Shown: positions 20,286 to 30,531, numbered from the stretch's first letter. The stretch is DNA of 64,000 nt from a virus (IMGVR_UViG_3300020469_005214:64001-128000), one strand, 5' to 3'. Notes: generated by a model from the letters alone, not told the origin. Made by a program: numbers and translations.

Positions 20286-21062
20286 ATGATTCTAGTTATA
20301 GGAGAAAATATTACAGATATATTTGTTTATTGCAGTTCAAAAAGGCTGTCTCCAGAAGCTTGCTGTCCAGTATTGATTCCTGAAAATAAAATTTTAAATT
20401 CCGGGGGAGCTGGAAATGTTGTTGAAAACTTAAAATCTTTAAAAAATAAAAGTGTTATTGCAATTCATCAAAATAAAGAAATAACCAAAACTCGATATAT
20501 TGTTGGAAATCAACATATTATGAGATATGATGAAAATGATACATGTCAAAACTTAAAAATGCAAGACCTGCAGTATAGTCTTTCCCGAAAGGGATTAAGG
20601 CTGTCTGGGTTTGAAGCGATAGTAATTTCCAGTTACTCAAAAGGGTTCGTAACGCCCAAGTTAATAGAAGATATAAGAAATGGCTATGATGGCTTGATTT
20701 TTATTGATACCAAAGATAAAAAGGGGGATTGGTGTGAATTCGTAGACTTTATAAAAATAAATGATAAAGAGTGGCTTGACAATTTCGATTCAAAATACGA
20801 AGGAAGTGCTAATATTTTTGTTACAAAAGGATCACAAGGTGTTGACTGGATAAACAAAAATAAAACCTTTAAGGTTGATCCCATTGAGGTTGCTGATTTT
20901 GTAGGGGCAGGGGATTCATTCTTCTCTGGCTTTATTACAAAATACTTAGATTCGAAGAATGTAGAAAAAAGTCTTGACTTTGCTAATAAATGTGCTAGAG
21001 TATCAGTAAGTAAAAAAGGGGTGGTCTGCGTTAAAGCAGAAGAAATTGATAAATATGATTAA
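20286..21062 (+). CDS. PfkB-family heptose-7-phosphate kinase (HldE/RfaE domain I)
   Basis: RLSPEA..P, GGAGNV, YSKG, KIN..E, D..GAGDSF. Confidence 0.85.
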   Translation: MILVIGENITDIFVYCSSKRLSPEACCPVLIPENKILNSGGAGNVVENLKSLKNKSVIAIHQNKEITKTRYIVGNQHIMRYDENDTCQNLKMQDLQYSLSRKGLRLSGFEAIVISSYSKGFVTPKLIEDIRNGYDGLIFIDTKDKKGDWCEFVDFIKINDKEWLDNFDSKYEGSANIFVTKGSQGVDWINKNKTFKVDPIEVADFVGAGDSFFSGFITKYLDSKNVEKSLDFANKCARVSVSKKGVVCVKAEEIDKYD

Positions 21063-21471
21063 AAATTTAAATATATCTTTTTGTGCTGGCTGTTTTGATG
21101 GTTCATATCTGCACGATGGTCACAAATATTTAATAAGTAAAATGGTAGAGCATTCTAACTATCAAGTTATTGGTTTAAATTCTGATGATTATATAAAAAG
21201 ACATAAGAGAGAGCCAATCTGTCAAGAAGATGAAAGAAAAAACCGATTATTAAAATTAGGAGTTGATGAAGTAGTGATTTTCGACGAAGACTCACCAATA
21301 AAAATAATTAAAACAATTGAGCCTCATAGTATTTTTGTGGGAAATGATTATACTCTAGATCGTGTAGTTGGATATCCCGACTGCAAAGAGTGGGGAGGGG
21401 AAGTTCGAATCATAGATCGAATAAACGACATATCAACAACAAATATAATTAATGAAACTAATTTACCTTGA
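21055..21471 (+). CDS. nucleotidyltransferase (HldE/RfaE domain II)
   Basis: GCFD..LHDGH, GLNSD, FDEDSP, G.DY, ISTT. Confidence 0.85.
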   Translation: MIKNLNISFCAGCFDGSYLHDGHKYLISKMVEHSNYQVIGLNSDDYIKRHKREPICQEDERKNRLLKLGVDEVVIFDEDSPIKIIKTIEPHSIFVGNDYTLDRVVGYPDCKEWGGEVRIIDRINDISTTNIINETNLP

Positions 21472-21985
21472 TTTAGATGGAGTTTGTGCAGATTTTACAA
21501 AGAATGTTTCTCAAATATTCAACTTCAAAGACACTTCAGTAAATTTGCCAGAAAAGAATGCCCCTTGGACTTACGAGGGCGAAGATCGTGATCGATTAGA
21601 TGTCGTGATGGAGTCATATGATTTTTGGATGAATCTATATCCTTACACTTGGTCTAGAAGTTTAGTTGAATTATGCCAAAGATATGGGGATACTAGATTT
21701 TTATCTAAAGCTCGTCCTAATTCTGGCTGTATGGCAGGTAAAATGGATTGGATTTTAAAATATTTTCCAGAGATGGAATATAAAACCGTCTTGACAACTC
21801 AAGACAAATGGGTATGTTCTGATCATAACAGCTTTCTTATAGACGATGACCTTCGACATAAAGAAGAATGGATTAATAGAGGTGGTCATTATTATCATTG
21901 GGCAGAATTAAAGGGTTGCGAAGAAGGAAACGCAATAGCAAAAGAAAGAATAATTCAATTAGAAAAATTTTTGAGTCACCTATGA
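21452..21985 (+). CDS. HAD-family 5'(3')-deoxyribonucleotidase-like phosphatase
   Basis: DLDGV.ADF, K..W, LIDD. Confidence 0.8.
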   Translation: MKLIYLDLDGVCADFTKNVSQIFNFKDTSVNLPEKNAPWTYEGEDRDRLDVVMESYDFWMNLYPYTWSRSLVELCQRYGDTRFLSKARPNSGCMAGKMDWILKYFPEMEYKTVLTTQDKWVCSDHNSFLIDDDLRHKEEWINRGGHYYHWAELKGCEEGNAIAKERIIQLEKFLSHL

Positions 21986-22155
21986 GCAAAACTATAACAG
22001 CTAAACCGAATATAATTTATTATATTCACGAAAAAACTTTAAAAGCACATGAAGAAGGCAAAATAATCTTCAAACATGAGGACGAAGACAGCGAGTTAAA
22101 AGTAGAGGTTTGCGGAAGATTGGCAAACGGATACAACATTAAATTACATGATTAA
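21982..22155 (+). CDS. hypothetical protein
   Basis: ATGA overlap with the upstream gene. Confidence 0.45.
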   Translation: MSKTITAKPNIIYYIHEKTLKAHEEGKIIFKHEDEDSELKVEVCGRLANGYNIKLHD

Positions 22156-23413
22156 AAAACCAAAAATAGTAAATAAAAATTGGGGTGGCGAAATTCACTG
22201 GACTAACAATATTAATTATTGTGGAAAGACTTTAGTTTTAAAAAAGGGTTGCCATTGTAGCCTTCATTCTCATTGGAAGCGTGAACACTTTTTAATTCAA
22301 AGTGGTAATGTAAGATTAGCCTTGGAGAAGCGTCTACTGGGAAAAGAAGGTATTGGTCAGATTGTTTTCTTTGACTTGGTTAAGGGTGATTGCATTGAAA
22401 TACCACGCGAATCTTGGCATACATTCTATGGACTTACTGATAGTGAAATTATTGAGTTCTCAACTCCAGACGAAGAATCAAAAAGGCTTTTTCCAAGCGG
22501 TCGTAATGATATTTCAGTTTGGGAAAAATTAGTTTTAGAAACTCAAAAAAATGAGAACATGAAAACGATACTAGTAACTGGGTCGGAAGGCTTTATCGGT
22601 TCTAGGTTTGTAGATCTCAACAAAGACAAATATAGAATTTTTACTTTAAATAAATCAGACACAAAAAGCTTATTAGAAGAATCTGCTAATTTTGAATCTT
22701 TGTCTTGGGTCGATGCTGAAAGCCAAAAAACCTATAAGTTTTCAGAGATCGATTCAGTTTTTCACTTTGGAGCTGAAACAGATACTACTTCAAGCAACAC
22801 CCAAGAATATTTTAAATATAACTGTTTATTTACTAATCGTCTCATTGATGAGTGTTATGAAAACAATATACCTTTGATATTTTCTTCTTCAGCGTCTCTT
22901 TATGGATCTGGGGATGATATTCCTCTTAATCTTTACGCTTGGAGCAAGTGGACAAGCGAACAATATGGGATTGAAAAAGCTAGTAGAAGTCCTTCTTTTA
23001 ATAAGTGGCAGTTCACGGCCTTGCGTTACTTCAATGTCTATGGTATTGGCGAACATAATAAAAATATTAAAATGACTTCTCTTGTATATCAGAATCTTAA
23101 AAATAACAATATCAAGTTATTTACTGGCAAACCTGTTAGAGATTTTATATTTGTGGATGACATAGTATCCGCTAACATTCACGCTTTTGAAACCGAACAG
23201 TGTGGGGTATTTGATGTGGGCTCTTGCTCTCCAAGAAGCTTCGAAGATATTGCGAACTGTCTTGGTGCCGAAATAGAATATATAGATAATCCCATAAAAG
23301 ACCAGTATCAATTTTATACGTGTGCTGATAAAACAAAAACTCTTGACAATTGGTCTGCTGACTATAATTTAGAAAGCGGAATCAAAAAAATGAAGAAGTA
23401 TTATAACAAATGA
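22148..23413 (+). CDS. cupin + ADP-L-glycero-D-manno-heptose-6-epimerase-like (HldD) fusion
   Basis: Cupin: V.K.WG.E, SLH.H..E, H. SDR domain from ~aa138: VTGSEGFIG, FHFGA, PLNLYAWSK, LRYFNVYG, RDFIFV.D, YQFYT.AD. Confidence 0.8.
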   Translation: MIKKPKIVNKNWGGEIHWTNNINYCGKTLVLKKGCHCSLHSHWKREHFLIQSGNVRLALEKRLLGKEGIGQIVFFDLVKGDCIEIPRESWHTFYGLTDSEIIEFSTPDEESKRLFPSGRNDISVWEKLVLETQKNENMKTILVTGSEGFIGSRFVDLNKDKYRIFTLNKSDTKSLLEESANFESLSWVDAESQKTYKFSEIDSVFHFGAETDTTSSNTQEYFKYNCLFTNRLIDECYENNIPLIFSSSASLYGSGDDIPLNLYAWSKWTSEQYGIEKASRSPSFNKWQFTALRYFNVYGIGEHNKNIKMTSLVYQNLKNNNIKLFTGKPVRDFIFVDDIVSANIHAFETEQCGVFDVGSCSPRSFEDIANCLGAEIEYIDNPIKDQYQFYTCADKTKTLDNWSADYNLESGIKKMKKYYNK

Positions 23414-23784
23414 GCCTAAACTTTTATCAAACATGCCCAACAATTGATCAGGGGATTGCCGAGTGCAAAGATATCATTGAAAAATATTTAGATGATCTAG
23501 TTAATGACGTAAATCCTGAATTTTATTCAGCCGAAAAGGGAAAAGATAAAAATAAGATCGTTGAATCTGTTAGAGACATGCTGTATAACGATATAGAACA
23601 TATTTTTGAGTCTGTTAGAGAAACAAATGTCAAAATGAGGGAGGTAGCTGATGAGCAAATTCGTGAGTTAGAGTACGAAGCCGAAGAGCTTAGCTGTGAA
23701 CTTGAAGATTTAAAAATAGAGCATGAGCAAGCAGAAAAGCAGATTCTAGATATAGAAATTGACAAAGAAGATACCTTTGATTAG
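23410..23784 (+). CDS. acidic coiled-coil hypothetical protein
   Basis: 124-aa ORF. Confidence 0.6.
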   Translation: MSLNFYQTCPTIDQGIAECKDIIEKYLDDLVNDVNPEFYSAEKGKDKNKIVESVRDMLYNDIEHIFESVRETNVKMREVADEQIRELEYEAEELSCELEDLKIEHEQAEKQILDIEIDKEDTFD

Positions 23785-23800
23785 TTTTATATAAGGCTAT

Positions 23801-24505
23801 ATGATAAAAGCAGACACGGGGCAAAATTTACTCAGGTATAATTTAAATAATTATAAGTTTTTATGCTATGATTATGAGACTGAGTCACTATGCCTTGTTG
23901 GTAACAATAAGCCTTGGGAAGTAGGCTACATAACTGTAGAGGGTGGCAAAATTACTTCTGAACATAATCGAAATATTTGGTGGGAAGATTTAAATATTTC
24001 TGATGATGCTTCTAGAATTACTCGTTTCAATTATGAAAATTACAAGAAATCTGCAGAAAATGCCGATTTAGTTCTTAGTGATTTTGAGAATGAGCTTTAT
24101 GATCCTAAGACTATTAATATCACTTATAATGGTTTGAATTTTGATATGTATTTGCATCAGTTATGGAGAAAGAAACTTGGCAAAGATATCGATTGGACTT
24201 TCTTACCTCGTTCTATTGATATTCTAGCATTGTCTAGGGCTTATCGAATGGAGATGGAGCCTCCAGAGGATTGGGAGAATTTTTTCTCTTGGCAATTTAA
24301 ATTGGCTAATTATTTTAGTGATAGTAGAACAAGAGCTTCTCGTAAGTTACCAAGTTGCACTTTAAAAAAGATGTGCGAAGAACTCGACATTGAATTTGAC
24401 GATGGACAAGCTCACGGAGGACTTTATGATGTGCATAAAACTTGGGAAGTTTTTAAACAGTTGATTAGGAAAATGGAAATAACCACTAAACATCTATACA
24501 TTTAA
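23801..24505 (+). CDS. DEDDh 3'-5' exonuclease (DNA pol III epsilon-like)
   Basis: DYETE, YN..NFD and AH.GLYDV motifs. Confidence 0.85.
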   Translation: MIKADTGQNLLRYNLNNYKFLCYDYETESLCLVGNNKPWEVGYITVEGGKITSEHNRNIWWEDLNISDDASRITRFNYENYKKSAENADLVLSDFENELYDPKTINITYNGLNFDMYLHQLWRKKLGKDIDWTFLPRSIDILALSRAYRMEMEPPEDWENFFSWQFKLANYFSDSRTRASRKLPSCTLKKMCEELDIEFDDGQAHGGLYDVHKTWEVFKQLIRKMEITTKHLYI

Positions 24506-24589
24506 AACAAACTACTTGACAATATGGTGTAGCGATGCTACTATTATTTGTAGGACTTAAAACAAAAAACAAAATATAAAAACATAATT

Positions 24590-25042
24590 ATGGCAAAGAA
24601 ATCATTTAAATTAGAAGACGTAGAATTTGTATGCGACAAAAATCAGCTTGAGTCAGACAAGCGACAGGCTGTGATAAACGACCTTAAAGCTATGCTTGAG
24701 GAAGAACAAGAGCAAGAAGAGACTGACAAGGTAGAGTATAAGATTGTTGGTCTATTCCCCGATGGCGAAGGTTATGATAAAATTCCTATCCAAGACAGAG
24801 TAATAATCCCTATTAAATTACCAGTAGAATCTGATACTGCGACTTTGCAAGATCATATGGTAATTGCCGCAACAAAACATAATGAAAGTCGTAGATCTAA
24901 AAAGCAGGGCAAAGTTTTTACACTTAACGACTTATTAACAAAGGCAACAAAAAAGAATTTGACAGAAGAAGGAATCAAGGTTCAGTGTGAGGGTCGTTTT
25001 GAAATTGTACCTTGCAATCCTCAGCTTATTGAAGAGAAATAA
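24590..25042 (+). CDS. hypothetical protein
   Basis: 150-aa ORF upstream of the polymerase. Confidence 0.6.
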   Translation: MAKKSFKLEDVEFVCDKNQLESDKRQAVINDLKAMLEEEQEQEETDKVEYKIVGLFPDGEGYDKIPIQDRVIIPIKLPVESDTATLQDHMVIAATKHNESRRSKKQGKVFTLNDLLTKATKKNLTEEGIKVQCEGRFEIVPCNPQLIEEK

Positions 25043-25777
25043 ATGGTTTATTTATTTTCTAGTGCTAACTCCCTTAACTCAATTCTTACCATTGATAAAA
25101 AGTCAAAGGAGGGCGGTAGCGATTCTATTTTTCAGATTGCAAAAGAAAATAATATAGACCAAGTATTTTTAATTGAGAAAAATCCATCTTCTTTCCCCCA
25201 AGCACTTAGTAACGCTACAGAATTAGGGCTACAACTTGTTTATGGGTTGTCTTTGACTGTCTGTGATAACTCAGATGACAAAGAGCTAGAATCAATTTCT
25301 ACTGAGCATAAAATGGTATTTATTGCCAAGACTGGTGAGGCATATAAAAACATTTTAATGAAGCTGTATAGTGATGCCGCAACAAGGGGTAATTATAAAG
25401 GCTTACCAAGAACAGATTTTGATCGCATCAAAGAATTTTGGGGCGATGATATGTTGATGATGATTCCGTTTTATGATAATTTTTTACACAAAAATATATT
25501 CTCTTTTGGAAACTGTTTGGTGAAATTCCAAGAATATAATCCTATATTTTGTGTTGAATATCACGAATTGCCTTTAGACAGAATAATGGCTATAAAAATA
25601 AAACAATATTGTAAAGAAAATGGCTATGACTATATCAAAAGTCATAGTGTAAGATATAAGAGTGAAAAAGATATTGATGCATACTTGACTTATAGATGTA
25701 TTCAGAATAAAAGTAGCATTGAGTGTCCAAATCTTGAAGGCTTCTGCTCAAATAAATTTGCACTAATAGATGGTTGA
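25043..25777 (+). CDS. stand-alone degenerate PHP domain of DNA polymerase III alpha
   Basis: Resembles the DnaE N-terminus (S..SIL, G...VYG, VFIAK...YKNLMKL.S.A, PR.D, SH.VRY....D...Y) but lacks the metal-binding His residues. Confidence 0.75.
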   Translation: MVYLFSSANSLNSILTIDKKSKEGGSDSIFQIAKENNIDQVFLIEKNPSSFPQALSNATELGLQLVYGLSLTVCDNSDDKELESISTEHKMVFIAKTGEAYKNILMKLYSDAATRGNYKGLPRTDFDRIKEFWGDDMLMMIPFYDNFLHKNIFSFGNCLVKFQEYNPIFCVEYHELPLDRIMAIKIKQYCKENGYDYIKSHSVRYKSEKDIDAYLTYRCIQNKSSIECPNLEGFCSNKFALIDG

Positions 25778-28394
25778 AGATAAAGAGTTTTTAAGTCAAT
25801 TTAAAAATTACTCCGATACTTATAATATCCTTGGAGTTAGAATTCCGCAGGTAAATATAGGTGGTTCATATGCTAGTAAATTTGGTTTAGATCTATCAAA
25901 AGATGAACACGAAATTCTTAGACAGCTTTGTCTACATGGATATAAAAAGCTAGATATTGACTCATTACCAAATAAAGACATTTACATAGAGCGTGTAAAA
26001 TTTGAGCTAGAAACTCTTAAAAAACTTGGTTTCACTCGATACATTCTTATGGTATGGGATCTGATTCAATGGTGCGATGAAAATAAAATCGCTAGAGGTT
26101 GGGGTCGTGGTTCTGTTGCAGGAAGTCTTGTATCTTATTTAATAGGTTTAACTGCGGTTGATCCAATTAAATATGATCTTATCTTTGAGCGTTTTATCAA
26201 TGAGTCTCGTGCACAATCAAAAATTATTGGCGGTGAGCAATATTCAGATGGTAGCACTGTTCCAGATATTGATTTTGATGTTTGTTACCTTAATCGTGGT
26301 CGAGTAGTTCATGAATATTTAAAGACTAAATACCCTAATAAGACTGGACACATCTCTACGCTAAATACACTTTCAACAAAATTAGTTCTTAAGGAGGTCT
26401 GTAAGAAATATGGTGCCTACGATGAAACTCAAGCCAATCGTATTTCTAATATGATTGAAAGCGATGCGGGCAAGCTTGATTCTCTTGAAGACACTCTAAA
26501 TAAGAATGACCAGTTTAAGGACTGGGTAGATCAAAATCCTAAAATATACGATATATGCTTAAAACTTTCTGATTTACCCAAAAACTTTGGTCTTCATGCC
26601 GCAGGAATCATTGTGTCATATGATGAAATTTTTAATTCTTTACCACTTGAAGATAGAGAGGGAACGATAACATCATCTTATACGAAGGATGATGTTGCCG
26701 AACAGGAAATTAAACTTGATGCTTTGGGTCTAAAGACTTGTACAATCATATACGAAACAGCAAAAGAAGCAGGATATGATTTAAATAGTTTTGACGTGAA
26801 TAATCCAGAGCTATACAAGCTATTTGACAAGTTTGATTATAGTTACGGAGTTTTTCAGTTAGATGGCGATACGGCTTGCAAAGTAACCAAACAGGTTCAG
26901 CCAAAAAATATTTCAGACATTTCTGCTATCTCCGCCATTGCCAGACCTGGAGCGTTGGCATTTTTGGAAGACTTTTTAGAATCTAGAAAAACTGGTCAAA
27001 TAAAATCCATTTATCCACCTATTGATAAAATTCTAGAGAACACCTCTGGTGTTATTCTGTATCAAGAGCAAACAATGAAAATTGCTCACGAGGTTTATAA
27101 ATTTTCGCTTGTAGAAGCTGATATTTTAAGAAAAATTATTGGCAAAAAGCAACTCGAAAAGGTTAAGGAATGGGAAGAAAAAATTAAAAAGGCAGGAATA
27201 GAACAAGGAATACCAGAAGATGCAACCCAGATCTTTTGGGAAACCGTTCAAGCCTCTGCCAAATATCAGTTTAATGCGAGCCACTCATACTCATATGGAT
27301 ATATTAGCTGTCTCTGCGCTTACTTAAAGATTAAATACCCAGCAATCTTTTTTAAAAACTGTCTTATGCTCGCTCGCTCCTTCCAAGATAGTGAGGCTCG
27401 TATTATGAAAATATGTAAAGAGCTTCCATATTTTGGTATTGAACTCAGACCACCAGACCTTGTTAAATCTGAGGAAGATTTTTCTGTTGAAGGCAACATA
27501 ATTCGCTACGGGATTAAATCAATAAAATCCGTTTCAGAAAAAACTCTTATAAAGCTTAAAGAGTTCAACTCGGTTCAGACAAATAAATTCCAACTATTTG
27601 AAGCGGCAAATAAGTCTGGGATTAATATTAGGATTTTATCTAACCTTATTAAGGCAGGGTGCTTAAGTTCCTTTGGAGACAATAGAGGGCTCCTTACTCT
27701 TGAGGCCGCAAGTTGGAACACCTTAACAGATGTCCAAAAAACCAAAATATTTAAATTTGGCGAAAAATATAACTATGATCTATTAAATATTTTGCTTGAC
27801 ATTAAAAATGGAAAGCTTCTTAGCGATGGTAAAGAAATCATCTCAACCAAAAAACGTAAAACTAAATCAGGAGAAAAATCTTCTTGGGACACCTTTTACG
27901 AGAAATATTTGCCTCATAAGTTAGAGTGCATTAGCTATGCTAAATATGCAGACTTTTATAATTATTATTATGAGCAAGATATTCTTGGTTTTGCATATAG
28001 CAAAAAGCTTTTTGAAATATTAGAATCAGAGTATAAGGGGATTATTCATCTTGGGGACTTGGATGATACAGTAGAAGATTCTATTGTAACTTCTTGCGGA
28101 GTAGTACAAGAAGCAAGAGTTGGTAAAACTCAAAAAGGGAATAAGAAGCTAGTCCTCGTAGTAGGCGACGAATATGGTCAAACTAGGGTGCAGACCTTTA
28201 ACTTTAATCGATTTGATAGAGCGACTAGAACAACAGAGTTTCTCAGCAATGTAGATGATTTAAAGAGTCTTTACGGCAGACTACCAGAGAAAAAAGATAT
28301 TGTTGTTTTTAGAGGTACCAGAAAGACCAATACTGTTTTCGCTGACAAAATTCGTATTTTGAACTTAGATTTCAAAGAAAGTACTGATAAGTAA
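25770..28394 (+). CDS. dnaE: DNA polymerase III alpha-like (family C), PHP-less
   Basis: GRGSVAGSLVSY, FERF, PDIDFD, HAAG, KLD.LGL, GVFQ, RPG, LYQEQ.M, FN.SH; C-terminal OB fold. Confidence 0.95.
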   Translation: MVEDKEFLSQFKNYSDTYNILGVRIPQVNIGGSYASKFGLDLSKDEHEILRQLCLHGYKKLDIDSLPNKDIYIERVKFELETLKKLGFTRYILMVWDLIQWCDENKIARGWGRGSVAGSLVSYLIGLTAVDPIKYDLIFERFINESRAQSKIIGGEQYSDGSTVPDIDFDVCYLNRGRVVHEYLKTKYPNKTGHISTLNTLSTKLVLKEVCKKYGAYDETQANRISNMIESDAGKLDSLEDTLNKNDQFKDWVDQNPKIYDICLKLSDLPKNFGLHAAGIIVSYDEIFNSLPLEDREGTITSSYTKDDVAEQEIKLDALGLKTCTIIYETAKEAGYDLNSFDVNNPELYKLFDKFDYSYGVFQLDGDTACKVTKQVQPKNISDISAISAIARPGALAFLEDFLESRKTGQIKSIYPPIDKILENTSGVILYQEQTMKIAHEVYKFSLVEADILRKIIGKKQLEKVKEWEEKIKKAGIEQGIPEDATQIFWETVQASAKYQFNASHSYSYGYISCLCAYLKIKYPAIFFKNCLMLARSFQDSEARIMKICKELPYFGIELRPPDLVKSEEDFSVEGNIIRYGIKSIKSVSEKTLIKLKEFNSVQTNKFQLFEAANKSGINIRILSNLIKAGCLSSFGDNRGLLTLEAASWNTLTDVQKTKIFKFGEKYNYDLLNILLDIKNGKLLSDGKEIISTKKRKTKSGEKSSWDTFYEKYLPHKLECISYAKYADFYNYYYEQDILGFAYSKKLFEILESEYKGIIHLGDLDDTVEDSIVTSCGVVQEARVGKTQKGNKKLVLVVGDEYGQTRVQTFNFNRFDRATRTTEFLSNVDDLKSLYGRLPEKKDIVVFRGTRKTNTVFADKIRILNLDFKESTDK

Positions 28395-28503
28395 AAGATA
28401 TTCTGACCCAAATAAATAAAAAAGCCCTTGACAGGGGCAAATATTTATATATAACTGGTAGACTAATAAATAAATCTTAACAAAAAATATTTAAAAATAA
28501 AAT

Positions 28504-28785
28504 ATGATTGATCGCAAAAGAATTCTAAAATCCTTTTTCCAAGTTAAAAAAACTTCTAAATATAGTTGGTATGGAGTGCCAACCTGCAACGAAGATAAAA
28601 AACAAAGAGCAAAAAGAAAAATCGAATTGTCGCCAAACGATATTTTAATTCCATCTTTTAATAATAAATATTGGAATAAAATTAACAAAAAAGGTGCGGT
28701 AAATATAGAAATACCAGATAGTGAACTGGTTAGGGTTGATCGCCCCATTACTTTTGATAATGTCTATTATAAATACGGATATTGA
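28504..28785 (+). CDS. hypothetical protein
   Basis: Downstream of TTGACA promoter at 28428. Confidence 0.5.
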   Translation: MIDRKRILKSFFQVKKTSKYSWYGVPTCNEDKKQRAKRKIELSPNDILIPSFNNKYWNKINKKGAVNIEIPDSELVRVDRPITFDNVYYKYGY

Positions 28786-28818
28786 TCCCTAAAACCCATA
28801 ATTGGTGTAATAATTACT

Positions 28819-29016
28819 ATGACGGTTAAAAAGCTAAAGTCTATACCAAAGCTTATGTTCCCTCAAATTAAAATGGTAGCCGAAGAGTGTTGTTGCCAAC
28901 AAATAACAGGGACTCTAAATGAAGCTAATTTTTATTTCAGGAGCAAAGAAAACGCAGAGTTTTTTTCAAAAATGTTAAAAAGCTTGACAGTTTTTGAAAA
29001 TAAATTTAATCATTAA
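28819..29016 (+). CDS. hypothetical protein
   Basis: TGTAATA motif 13 nt before the ATG. Confidence 0.5.
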   Translation: MTVKKLKSIPKLMFPQIKMVAEECCCQQITGTLNEANFYFRSKENAEFFSKMLKSLTVFENKFNH

Positions 29017-29055
29017 AGGTATTCTCTAAATTGCATGTAAAATGTAATAATATGA

Positions 29056-29490
29056 GTGGAAATCGATGATCAAGTTTATAAAGCGGAAAATGAAGTTTTT
29101 GAGAATGAAACAATATTTACTGAGACACAAATTAAAAAGTTTTTTCTCCACATTGTTTACGATGATTGGTTTGTAAGACAATATGGAAGTGGATACAGAA
29201 TGTACATCATCGGCCCGAATTTTTTTGACGCTTCTTATGGATGTTATAAGGAAATATATTTACTTGAGAATCAACACTTTACAGAAAGCACTGTTTGTCA
29301 CGAACTAATGCATTCTTGCAAACATATAAGGAAAAACCCTCATGGCAAAGCTTGGCAGAAAAGATACGTAGATATGCTTAAAAGATACGTTTCTAATCAA
29401 ATGGGCGAAGAGCTAGAGGAAAAGTTTTCCCAAATATATGAAAATAATAAAAAATATAATTTGGCGTTGGAAAGTAAGAAGAAAATTTGA
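29056..29490 (+). CDS. SprT-like zincin metallopeptidase
   Basis: HELMH......HG..W motif. Confidence 0.65.
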   Translation: MEIDDQVYKAENEVFENETIFTETQIKKFFLHIVYDDWFVRQYGSGYRMYIIGPNFFDASYGCYKEIYLLENQHFTESTVCHELMHSCKHIRKNPHGKAWQKRYVDMLKRYVSNQMGEELEEKFSQIYENNKKYNLALESKKKI

Positions 29491-29686
29491 CAATATATAT
29501 ACATTTTATATTGAAAATATTGACATCTTTCATCCCAAAGAGCAAGAATCAATTGAATCTATTAAAAAATCGTTTGAATTTTACTTCTATAGAAGTAGTT
29601 GGGAGCGAAATAAAGAAAAAATTGAAAAATATATTGAACAAATCAACACTAAAATAAACCACAGAATAAAAAATACAAAATGCTAG
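29438..29686 (+). CDS. hypothetical protein
   Basis: 82-aa ORF. Confidence 0.4.
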   Translation: MKIIKNIIWRWKVRRKFDNIYTFYIENIDIFHPKEQESIESIKKSFEFYFYRSSWERNKEKIEKYIEQINTKINHRIKNTKC

Positions 29687-29736
29687 AAATACTAATCGTT
29701 ACATTCTTTCTTCTAATATTATTTGGAGAAATTTAA
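29680..29736 (+). CDS. hydrophobic micropeptide MLEILIVTFFLLILFGEI
   Basis: Translated by hand; similar to 53098..53142. Confidence 0.5.
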   Translation: MLEILIVTFFLLILFGEI

Positions 29737-29773
29737 AAAAAGCTTGACTTTACAATTTTTTCAATCATTATGG

Positions 29774-29833
29774 CACAAATAACATCACAAATAACATCAC
29801 AAATAATAACACAAATAATAACACAAATAAAAA
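29774..29833 (+). repeat. five tandem 12-bp units, core CACAAATAA
   Basis: CACAAATAACAT x2, CACAAATAATAA x2, CACAAATAAAAA, directly before ATG 29835. Confidence 0.9.
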
Positions 29834-29834
29834 C

Positions 29835-30272
29835 ATGGAAGACAGTAAAACAAAAGTAGTCTCATCTTGGGGCGTACACAAAAAACTACAAAAAGTATAT
29901 GCTAAGGTTCGGAATAAAATACCTGCGGTAGGCGAGGTTGAGGACAAAAAGAAAAATCCAAAGCTCGAAAGGCTTCGTAAAGCTGAAAATTATGCTTACG
30001 ACTTATTTAATAATGGATTGGCAAATTATAGATCTCAATTTCTTAGATTCTATAAAATACCAAGTTACCAAGTTCCTGCATACGGAACTTATTGGCACTC
30101 ATACATATGGGATGATTTGGAGCAACAAGTGGAGCCAGTATTTTCAAAAGCTCTTATTGATGCATATGTAGAGCAATATTCTACCGATGAGTTAATAAAT
30201 GACATTATCGATAGTAATAATTCAACAAGCCAGTCAGAAGTCGAACAAGAAGTGGAGCAATTAGCAAAATAG
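29835..30272 (+). CDS. hypothetical protein
   Basis: 145-aa ORF after a sigma70 promoter. Confidence 0.6.
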   Translation: MEDSKTKVVSSWGVHKKLQKVYAKVRNKIPAVGEVEDKKKNPKLERLRKAENYAYDLFNNGLANYRSQFLRFYKIPSYQVPAYGTYWHSYIWDDLEQQVEPVFSKALIDAYVEQYSTDELINDIIDSNNSTSQSEVEQEVEQLAK

Positions 30273-30276
30273 AACC

Positions 30277-30531
30277 ATGAAACTTAAAGAAATAATTCAA
30301 GAGACAAAGGGTAAGTTTTTTACTGTTAATTTTATTAAAAAAGATGGAAGTAAGCGTCACATGCTTGCTCGTACTGGAGTAAAAAAATATCTCAAGGGCG
30401 GAGAAAGTCCTGCTAAAAACCGAGACAATATGATTGTCGTTTTTGATGTTCACAAAAGGGCATATAGGATGATCAATTTAGATACTTTGCTTAGTTTTAA
30501 GTGCGGTAATAAAGAATATTACTATTATTAA
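30277..30531 (+). CDS. small SH3/WYL-like beta-barrel phage protein
   Basis: FFTV.FIKKDGS.R.M..R.GV...VFD.....YR.IN pattern. Confidence 0.6.
   Translation: MKLKEIIQETKGKFFTVNFIKKDGSKRHMLARTGVKKYLKGGESPAKNRDNMIVVFDVHKRAYRMINLDTLLSFKCGNKEYYYY

Noticed and set aside
25760-25780. Programmed frameshift or split intein joining PHP and DnaE
   Set aside because: Ordinary 8-nt stop/start overlap, with no slippery heptamer or intein terminal motifs.
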